Below, piece by piece: positions 25,720 through 32,000 of a stretch of DNA of 32,000 nt. The notes under the pieces are model-generated. The model searched no databases. It saw nothing but the letters and a program-made list of their open reading frames with translations, and had not been told where the DNA came from. This DNA comes from Candidatus Saccharimonadota bacterium. GTDB lineage: Bacteria; Patescibacteriota; Saccharimonadia; Saccharimonadales; UBA4665. Every line of letters begins with the position of its first letter. The first letter of the stretch is position 1. The position numbers and the translations under genes are program-made. The stretch lies in contig JAQGGZ010000008.1 of NCBI GenBank assembly GCA_028289125.1, positions 1-32,000 on the forward strand. The letters are read 5' to 3'.

Positions 25720-26868
25720 CTACTTCCTTGTTATTACGACGAGCTCACGGGCCACGACTTGGTCGGGGCGGTAGTAGATGAGGTCATCTGCTCCGGCGTG
25801 CTCAAATTCTACTCGATTATAGCCGATTTCCTCGAGGAGGTCAAGCATGGGCAGGCGTTTGAACCGACCGCTCTGCACCTGCCAGGCGGGTAAGGCGAGA
25901 CAGAGGCGGGTGCCAGGCTGTAGCTGGTCGTAAATATTGCGGAGGAATTTCTTGGTGATGACGTTACAGGTGCTGACGACCTCAGTCAGTTGCTGGCCGG
26001 TGGGTTGGATGGTGAACGGGCGGCCGAGGTAGCCTTCGGCAGCGACGACGTCGATCGGTGGTTGCCACTGATGCGAGGTCGCATCGCCGACTTCCAGTGT
26101 GATGTTGCCGGTGATTTCGTGGCGGTCGGCTAACCAGTCGAGGTTTTCGCGGGTGTAGTCGATCATACGCGGTTCGAGGTCGGTGCCATACACGTCATAG
26201 CCGAGCAGCAGGGCTTCCTGGAGGACGACGCCGGTGCCGCAGAACGGGTCAAGTAAGCGCTTGCCGGGGCCGGCCAGGTTGATGATGATCTGGGCTAACT
26301 TCGGTGGTAACATGCCGACCTTGGTGTCGCGTTTGGGGCGGGCCTGATCGCGGCGGGTGTAGGCGTTGATGTCTTGTTCGGCTTTGGTAACGGCGACGAC
26401 CGTCTGGCCATCGTGGGCATAGAAGACGATTTCACGGCCCTGCGGACCGGTCAGCTTGTTGCCGACGACCTGGGCCGAGTTAAGGTAGGTGTCGCCTTGA
26501 GGAACGACGACGCGGGCGGACCGTTTGAACGACTTCTTAAGACTAAGGCCGAGCGAGCCGACCTGGGCGGGGGAGACTTTGATGCCGTACAGGCTGACGC
26601 CGAGCTGGAGCTTGCCTTCGGGCGGTAAGTCGATCTGCTTGGCCAGCTTGGTCTTGGCATATTTCTCGATCGCCGGCCAGTCGGTGACACTGAGGGTTTC
26701 GATGACGGTGGCCATCTTGATGCTACCGCCGAGGCGGTTGAAATCCGGTTCTTCGGAGGTGATGACGGCCTGCGGGCCGAACGGGGTCAGGGCAGGGGCG
26801 CCGAGCAGGCTTTCAAGTTCGGCAAGGCCGAGGGCTGGCTGGCGGCCAAGGATTAACAGATGTGACAT
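25720..26868 (-). CDS. TRM11-like SAM-dependent RNA methyltransferase (family assignment tentative)
   Basis: 382 aa. KRLLDPFCGTGVVLQEALLLGYDVYGTDLEPRMIDYTRENLDWL is a Trm11/TrmG10/RlmKL-type motif I region. Confidence 0.75.
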   Translation of the reverse strand: MSHLLILGRQPALGLAELESLLGAPALTPFGPQAVITSEEPDFNRLGGSIKMATVIETLSVTDWPAIEKYAKTKLAKQIDLPPEGKLQLGVSLYGIKVSPAQVGSLGLSLKKSFKRSARVVVPQGDTYLNSAQVVGNKLTGPQGREIVFYAHDGQTVVAVTKAEQDINAYTRRDQARPKRDTKVGMLPPKLAQIIINLAGPGKRLLDPFCGTGVVLQEALLLGYDVYGTDLEPRMIDYTRENLDWLADRHEITGNITLEVGDATSHQWQPPIDVVAAEGYLGRPFTIQPTGQQLTEVVSTCNVITKKFLRNIYDQLQPGTRLCLALPAWQVQSGRFKRLPMLDLLEEIGYNRVEFEHAGADDLIYYRPDQVVARELVVITRK

Positions 26869-26874
26869 GCACTC

Positions 26875-26883
26875 ATCTTAGCA
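26875..26883 (-). promoter_or_regulatory. Extended -10 (TGC-TAAGAT on minus strand) for the methyltransferase gene; leaderless arrangement
   Basis: 6 nt from the minus-strand ATG at 26868. Confidence 0.5.
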
Positions 26884-26893
26884 TGAACACCGG

Positions 26894-26902
26894 TGATATA
26901 CT
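26894..26902 (+). promoter_or_regulatory. Extended -10 (TGA-TATACT) for the GNAT gene; leaderless arrangement
   Basis: 7 nt from ATG 26910. Confidence 0.6.
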
Positions 26903-26909
26903 GAACCGT

Positions 26910-27470
26910 ATGTCCGATAACACACAAATTACTGTCAGACGGGCGGTGCCAGACGATGCTACGGCAGTCGCCACGATTCAGCGTTTGACATGGCAGGCGA
27001 CGTATCCGAACCCTGCCTTGGGCATCACTGCGGAAGCTATCCGAACCCGGACTGAAGGCGAGAACGGCGAGCTGATCGAGCCGAAGATCGCCCGTTGGCG
27101 GGATACTATCGAAAAGGGCGAACGGCCCTTTTTTGTCGCCGCAGTCGAGGGTCGGGTGGTCGGCTATGTCGCACCGCGCGTTGACGAGAATGGCCAGCAA
27201 CGACTGGGGTCGCTCTATGTCTTACCGGAGTTTCAGGGCCGGGGAGTGGGTCGATCCTTGATTACGGAAGCCATCGCCTCAATGGACCGGACGAAGGACA
27301 TCTGTCTGCATGTCGTGCCGTATAACGAGAAGGCCGTACGATTTTATGAAGCCAATGGTTTTGTCATGACCGGCCGCGACGTCAGCGGGGGTGTGGGTGT
27401 CCTGGCCGGCGGTATCCAAATCCCGGAAGTAGAAATGGTGCTCCCTGCACAAACCGGAGCGCCGGCTTAG
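26910..27470 (+). CDS. GNAT family N-acetyltransferase
   Basis: 186 aa from ATG 26910 (track start 26862 is probably too long because it overlaps the divergent gene and both promoters). ITVRRAVPDDATAVATIQR...LGSLYVLPEFQGRGVGRSLITEAI. Confidence 0.9.
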   Translation: MSDNTQITVRRAVPDDATAVATIQRLTWQATYPNPALGITAEAIRTRTEGENGELIEPKIARWRDTIEKGERPFFVAAVEGRVVGYVAPRVDENGQQRLGSLYVLPEFQGRGVGRSLITEAIASMDRTKDICLHVVPYNEKAVRFYEANGFVMTGRDVSGGVGVLAGGIQIPEVEMVLPAQTGAPA

Positions 27471-27471
27471 C

Positions 27472-27480
27472 TGCTATAAT
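27472..27480 (+). promoter_or_regulatory. Extended -10 (TGC-TATAAT); leaderless arrangement
   Basis: 8 nt from ATG 27489. Confidence 0.65.
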
Positions 27481-27488
27481 TACCCATA

Positions 27489-28565
27489 ATGACCAAATCT
27501 GATACTAAGCCGTCCTTCTGGCGCAGACACTGGAAAATCATCGTCAATATCATCACGTTCGCAGCTTTGATGGTACTGGTCTATGCCATCCGTGAACAAT
27601 TGGTCCAGACATTTGACAATCTGGGCAGGGTGTACGCCTGGCTGCTACTGCTCATCATCCCGATCCAGATTCTCAATTACATCGCCCAAGCTAAGACGTA
27701 CCAAGGACTTTTCAAAGTGCTGGGCACTGAGCTGCCATTTAAAAAACTGTTCAAATTAAGTGTCGAACTGAACTTCGTCAACCACGTCTTTCCAAGTGGC
27801 GGCGTTACCGGTATCTCGTATTTCGGCGTACGCCTGAAGCAGTCCGGACTGACCGCCGGTAAGTCGACTATCGTCCAGTTGATGAAATTAGTATTAATGT
27901 TCCTGTCATTCGAATTGATGCTGATCGCCGGTTTTATTATGCTGGCGTCAGGGGGTAAGGCGAACGGCTTCGTAATCCTTTTATGCGGTGCCTTGGCGGT
28001 ACTTATGATCGGCGGAACGGCCGGCTTCGGCTATATGGTCGGTGACAAACGGCGGATTGATAAGTTCTTCGTCGTGTCTACCAAGCTGCTCAATAAGATT
28101 ATCCAGCTGGTCCGTTGGAGTGACCCGGAGACGATCAAGATCGATAAGGCCCGCAACGTCGTCAATGACATCCACGAGAACTACTCGATATTCAAGAATA
28201 ACCGCAGGCAATTACAGGCCCCATTCTGGTGGAGCCTGGCCGCCAACCTGACCGAAGTCATGACCATATATGTCGTATACCTGGCGTTTGGTGAATACGT
28301 CAACTTCGGTGCGGTCATCCTGGCGTATGCCGTCGCCAACTTTGCCGGGCTGGTCAGCGTACTGCCTGGTGGCGTCGGTGTGTACGAAGGTCTGATGACG
28401 TTGACCCTGGCCAGTGCCGGCGTATCAGCCGCTATCAGTCTGCCGGTCACCATCATGTACCGCGTCCTGAGCACCGGTTTGCAAATTCCTCCCGGCTATT
28501 TCCTGTATCATCGCAACCTCCGCCGCACTGATAATGCCGGTAAGGTTCCCGGCGAAGAAATATGA
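27489..28565 (+). CDS. Lysylphosphatidylglycerol synthase TM-region/UPF0104-like membrane protein
   Basis: 358 aa multi-TM. NFVNHVFPSGGVTGISYFGVRL and VSVLPGGVGVYEGLMTLTLASAGVS are hallmark motifs. No MprF catalytic domain. Confidence 0.85.
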   Translation: MTKSDTKPSFWRRHWKIIVNIITFAALMVLVYAIREQLVQTFDNLGRVYAWLLLLIIPIQILNYIAQAKTYQGLFKVLGTELPFKKLFKLSVELNFVNHVFPSGGVTGISYFGVRLKQSGLTAGKSTIVQLMKLVLMFLSFELMLIAGFIMLASGGKANGFVILLCGALAVLMIGGTAGFGYMVGDKRRIDKFFVVSTKLLNKIIQLVRWSDPETIKIDKARNVVNDIHENYSIFKNNRRQLQAPFWWSLAANLTEVMTIYVVYLAFGEYVNFGAVILAYAVANFAGLVSVLPGGVGVYEGLMTLTLASAGVSAAISLPVTIMYRVLSTGLQIPPGYFLYHRNLRRTDNAGKVPGEEI

Positions 28566-29674
28566 GCCCCGAGATCTGGTCGGTCAGCGATTTTGTCGCT
28601 GTCCTGAACCAGACGCTCGAGTATGCCTATCCGACGGTCCTCGTCAGCGGGGAACTGGCTAATTTCCGGGTTTCTAAGAACCGCTGGGTGTATTTTGATC
28701 TGAAAGACGATGATGCCAGTCTGCGCTGCTTCGGTACGGTCTACCAGCTGCCTGGTCCCTTGGAAGACGGGATGATGCTGACGGTGCGGGCCCAGCCGCG
28801 GCTGCATCCGCTCTATGGGTTCAGTCTGAACACGCAGGCCATCCAGGTCAGCGGGGAAGGTTCACTGAAGCGGGCGGCCGATCTGTTGGCTGCCAAGCTC
28901 GACGCCGAAGGACTGTTTGCGCCGGAACGTAAAAGGCTGCTGCCGTATCCACCATCGCGCATCGGCTTGATCACGTCGGGCGAGTCGGCGGCTTACGCTG
29001 ACTTTAATAAGATTCTGAACGCCCGCTGGGGTGGGTTGGTGATAGAGCACGCCGATGTGCAGGTGCAGGGGGAGGCGGCGATCCCTCAGATCGTCCAGGC
29101 GATCGAGCGCTTCAACGCCATGGCCCGACCGCCAGAAGTTCTGGTACTGACGCGCGGTGGTGGTAGTGCCGATGACCTGGCGGCTTTCAGCGCCGAACCG
29201 GTCGTGCGGGCAGTCGCGGCCAGTCGCATACCGACGCTCGTCGCCATCGGTCACGAAATCGACACCAGTCTGGCCGAACTGGCGGCCGACCAGCGTGCCA
29301 GCACGCCGAGCAACGCCGCCGAACTGCTAGTACCGGACCGTCGGCATATCCTGGACCAACTCGCTACGTATCGTCAGGATTTCGCACGCCTCATCACGCA
29401 GCGTTACGCCGTTGAGCGCCAAACGCTTGACAACGTCATGGCTGACGCCCGTGCAGCGGTTCAGGATCTGCTGGGGCGCGCCAGCGACCGTCTAACCGCC
29501 GATCAGCGGCTGCTTGCAGCTCTCAGCCCTCAGACGGCCTTGCAACGCGGCTTCGCCATCGTCCGGCAGGACGGCAAGGTCGTTCATCGGCTTAAGCAGG
29601 TTACACCGGGCACCGCCGAAGTCGAATTTGCCGACGGCAGGGTAGCGGTTACAATAAAGGAGAACCATGGCTAA
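28562..29674 (+). CDS. xseA: Exodeoxyribonuclease VII large subunit
   Basis: 370 aa. WSVSDFVAVLNQTLE, LITSGESAAYADFNKIL, LTRGGGSADDLAAFSAEPVVRAVAASRIPTLVAIGHEIDTSLAELAADQRASTPSNAAEL. ATGA overlap. Confidence 0.95.
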   Translation: MSPEIWSVSDFVAVLNQTLEYAYPTVLVSGELANFRVSKNRWVYFDLKDDDASLRCFGTVYQLPGPLEDGMMLTVRAQPRLHPLYGFSLNTQAIQVSGEGSLKRAADLLAAKLDAEGLFAPERKRLLPYPPSRIGLITSGESAAYADFNKILNARWGGLVIEHADVQVQGEAAIPQIVQAIERFNAMARPPEVLVLTRGGGSADDLAAFSAEPVVRAVAASRIPTLVAIGHEIDTSLAELAADQRASTPSNAAELLVPDRRHILDQLATYRQDFARLITQRYAVERQTLDNVMADARAAVQDLLGRASDRLTADQRLLAALSPQTALQRGFAIVRQDGKVVHRLKQVTPGTAEVEFADGRVAVTIKENHG

Positions 29675-29852
29675 GAAAACCTACCAGGATTTACGAACCG
29701 AACTCGACGAGGTGCTGCTGAAACTGCAGGACCCGAACTGTGGCGTCGAAGAAGCCGTCAAATTATACGAGCGCGGTCTGGCTTTGACGGCCGAACTGCG
29801 TGACCTGCTTGAAGCCAGCGAAAACAAGCTTACCAAACTTGCTTCCGAATGA
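29667..29852 (+). CDS. xseB: Exodeoxyribonuclease VII small subunit
   Basis: 61 aa. TYQDLRTELDEVLLKLQDPNCGVEEAVKLYERGLALTAELRDLLEASENKL, overlapping xseA. Confidence 0.92.
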   Translation: MAKKTYQDLRTELDEVLLKLQDPNCGVEEAVKLYERGLALTAELRDLLEASENKLTKLASE

Positions 29853-30349
29853 GCTGGGTCTTACTCGCCGTCGGCCTGATTCTGGGCTGCTTCAGCTTCG
29901 TCGTCTTTTTCGGCGCGCCGTACCTGCCGACGCTGACACCGCAGGTGACGGCTGCACTGGATATGGCCGCGCTTAAACCGGGACAGCATCTGCTTGAACT
30001 GGGCAGCGGTGACGGCAAGGTACTGCTGGCGGCGGCGCAGCGGGGCATCCATGTCACCGGTTATGAAATCAATCCGTTGCTGGCCGCGTATTCGTGGGTC
30101 CGGACGCGCCGCTATCGCCACCTGGTGACAGTGCGGTGTGCCGACTTTTGGCGGACCGATTGGCCGAAAGCCGATGCGGTCTTTGTCTTTTTGCTGCCTA
30201 AATATATGGCCAAGTTGGACGCCAAATTGAACAGTTTGAAAAATCCGGTGCGCCTGGTCAGTTTCGCCTTTGAGATTCCTGATCGGGAGCCGGCTGAACG
30301 GCGAGAAGGCGTCTTCACATACGATTACCCTGGAACGCGTAGCAAATAG
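29849..30349 (+). CDS. Membrane-anchored class I SAM-dependent methyltransferase-like protein
   Basis: 166 aa. N-terminal TM, then HLLELGSGDGKVLLAAAQRGIHVTGYEINPLLAAYSWVR. ATGA overlap. Confidence 0.8.
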   Translation: MSWVLLAVGLILGCFSFVVFFGAPYLPTLTPQVTAALDMAALKPGQHLLELGSGDGKVLLAAAQRGIHVTGYEINPLLAAYSWVRTRRYRHLVTVRCADFWRTDWPKADAVFVFLLPKYMAKLDAKLNSLKNPVRLVSFAFEIPDREPAERREGVFTYDYPGTRSK

Positions 30350-30387
30350 CTTGCGTCAGCCGTTCATCGTCTGTTACCATAACCTTT

Positions 30388-31053
30388 ATGAGAAACAACC
30401 AGCAAGGCACCATCAATATCTTGCTGATCCCTTTCATCCTTTTGACCGTCCTGTTCATCGGTGCGGTCAGTTTCGGTATCTGGGCTTACCTCGGCCAGCA
30501 GGACTGGAAGAATAACGCCCAACCGAAAATCGATTCAGCCGTCGCTGTGGCGATTGCCAACACCAAGAGCGAAGACCAGAAGGACTTCTTGCAACAAGAG
30601 AAGAAGCCGCTGCGCACGTACAACGGGCCGTCCGACTACGGTTCGATCAAGATGCAGTACCCTAAGACATGGGCCGGCTACGTGCCGATCAGCGGCAGCA
30701 ATAGTGCCAGCCCGATCGACGGCTACTTCTACCCGTATATCGTTCCGGCCGTAACGGATATTTCGAAGACGTTCGCGCTTCGCGTCCAGGTACAGACCAA
30801 GGCCTACACGGATGCCCTGACCGAACTGTCGAACAAGCAGCAGAGTGGCTTGGTCCAGGTAACAAGCTACGCCTTGCCACAACAGCCTGACGTCATCGGC
30901 GTAAAGGTGACCGGCACGATCCAGGACAACAAGACCGGCACGATGGTAATCTTGCCGCTCCGCGACAAGACCCTTAAGATTTGGACCGACGGCAACGACT
31001 TTCTTAATGACTATAACGACATCATTTTAAAGAACTTTACATTTTCACCTTGA
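30388..31053 (+). CDS. Hypothetical protein with an N-terminal transmembrane anchor
   Basis: 221 aa. GTINILLIPFILLTVLFIGAVSFGIWAYLGQQ, then a soluble domain. Confidence 0.8.
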   Translation: MRNNQQGTINILLIPFILLTVLFIGAVSFGIWAYLGQQDWKNNAQPKIDSAVAVAIANTKSEDQKDFLQQEKKPLRTYNGPSDYGSIKMQYPKTWAGYVPISGSNSASPIDGYFYPYIVPAVTDISKTFALRVQVQTKAYTDALTELSNKQQSGLVQVTSYALPQQPDVIGVKVTGTIQDNKTGTMVILPLRDKTLKIWTDGNDFLNDYNDIILKNFTFSP

Positions 31054-31113
31054 TTTCTTGAACACAAAAAGTGCATACTCTTAGGTATAACCAAGTCCGA
31101 GGGGGTAGTAGGG

Positions 31114-31845
31114 TTGAGGCAGCATAAGGCGACCGACGTAGAGGCACTGAGCGATCACAATCAGCTGCTTTTATCATTGGCACAGCAGTTGCGACAACCG
31201 TTACTACATATTGCACGTCGTGCCGAACTCGGCCGGCTGCACGGCACCGACGACGAATCTCTTGAGAATATCCTGGTCAGCTCTGAAATGGCGCTGAGCC
31301 TGATTGACAACTATGTCCTGAGTCTGCAATCGCTGACCCGCGGTGACGATCTTCTGATGGAACCGGTCTCAGTCGCGGCCGTCATGCACGACGCGGCACA
31401 CGAGCTGAGCCCGGCGGCCAAGCAGTATGGCATTGAATTGCAACTCGATGCCGGCAGCCGCTGTGAAGCGGTCAGTACGCATCGGCCCAGCCTGCAGGCG
31501 GCGTTCGTCAGCCTTGGCCACGCCCTTATCGAAGCCCTGGCCAGCAGCGGCGCGACGGCCCAGACGCCGCTCAAGCTTGCCGTCCACCGCAACCGTGGTG
31601 GCGTCGTCGCCGGCCTGTACTGCGGCCGCGAAGAAATCACTGCTGAAGCGTTCCGGCGCAGCCAGATCCTGCACGGTAATGTCCGCCAGCCGCATGTCGG
31701 GCTGTCGGCTGCCGCCGGCACCGGCGTGTTCGTGGCTGACGCACTGTTCCAATCGCTCGCCACTAAGCTCAAAGTCTCGCGCTGGCACCATGAGTACGGT
31801 CTGGCCGCTACCTTGCCACCGCTCAATCAGTTACAATTAGTCTGA
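31114..31845 (+). CDS. Degenerate histidine kinase-like protein (phospho-acceptor His and ATP-binding motifs not conserved)
   Basis: 243 aa, TTG start. LAQQLRQPLLHIARRAELG lies where the H-box (SHELRTPL..I) is expected, GTGVFVADALFQSLATKLKVS resembles a weak G2/GLGL region. A receiver-domain ORF follows. Confidence 0.6.
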   Translation: MRQHKATDVEALSDHNQLLLSLAQQLRQPLLHIARRAELGRLHGTDDESLENILVSSEMALSLIDNYVLSLQSLTRGDDLLMEPVSVAAVMHDAAHELSPAAKQYGIELQLDAGSRCEAVSTHRPSLQAAFVSLGHALIEALASSGATAQTPLKLAVHRNRGGVVAGLYCGREEITAEAFRRSQILHGNVRQPHVGLSAAAGTGVFVADALFQSLATKLKVSRWHHEYGLAATLPPLNQLQLV

Positions 31846-31846
31846 T

Positions 31847-32000
31847 ATGGCACATGTTCTTCTTATCGAGCCAGATCGCCCACTGGCCGCTATTTATGAG
31901 CAGGCCCTCATAGCGGCGGGCCATACCGTGGATATACGGTCGACCGCGCAGTCGGCCATCTTTGCGGCCGATGACCATAAACCTGACATAGTTTTGCTCG
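31847..32000 (+). CDS. Response regulator receiver domain protein, truncated by the window end (absent from the ORF track)
   Basis: Direct translation from ATG 31847: MAHVLLIEPDRPLAAIYEQALIAAGHTVDIRSTAQSAIFAADDHKPDIVLL, open to the window edge. Confidence 0.85.
   Translation, partial: MAHVLLIEPDRPLAAIYEQALIAAGHTVDIRSTAQSAIFAADDHKPDIVLL

Noticed and set aside
26862-26909. N-terminal extension MTCTHLSMNTGDILNR of the GNAT ORF
   Set aside because: It overlaps the divergent gene start and both candidate promoters; homology-like sequence begins at MSDNTQITVRRA (26910).
1-32000. CRISPR arrays, transposases, integrases, phage genes, toxin-antitoxin or restriction systems, tRNA/rRNA
   Set aside because: None seen. 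No regularly spaced repeats, no recognisable mobile-element proteins, and intergenic gaps are too short for most structured RNAs. tRNAscan-SE/Infernal would be needed to exclude small RNAs.

Overview
The window looks like chromosomal DNA of a Candidatus Saccharibacteria (TM7)/CPR-type bacterium. This is inferred from gene content and protein style, since no database search was possible. Genes are tightly packed with short gaps and many ATGA overlaps. Recognisable genes: serS, an HPF/RaiA-like factor, a degenerate NUDIX-like protein, secA, an M16 peptidase, a VirB4/HerA-like ATPase with a small translationally coupled partner, cdsA and plsY, three small membrane proteins, an MFS transporter, prfB, ftsE, ftsX, a PcsB-like CHAP hydrolase, an EEP-family protein, an S41 protease, pyrG, an orphan receiver-domain protein, an FHA-plus-transglutaminase-like protein, rpmA, a TRM11-like methyltransferase, a GNAT acetyltransferase, a UPF0104/LPG-synthase-TM-like protein, xseA, xseB, a methyltransferase, and a degenerate histidine kinase followed by a truncated response regulator. 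I saw no rRNA, tRNA, CRISPR array, transposon or phage module. The observations most worth following are: (1) an FHA domain joined to a Cys-His-Asp transglutaminase-like domain, behind a TTGACA-17-TATATA promoter; (2) extended -10 elements placed 6-8 nt before many start codons, implying leaderless transcription; (3) the VirB4/HerA-like ATPase coupled to a small, possibly repeat-folded protein; (4) a histidine-kinase-like protein that has lost its catalytic residues, next to a response regulator; (5) all three convergent gene pairs sharing interlocked stop codons.
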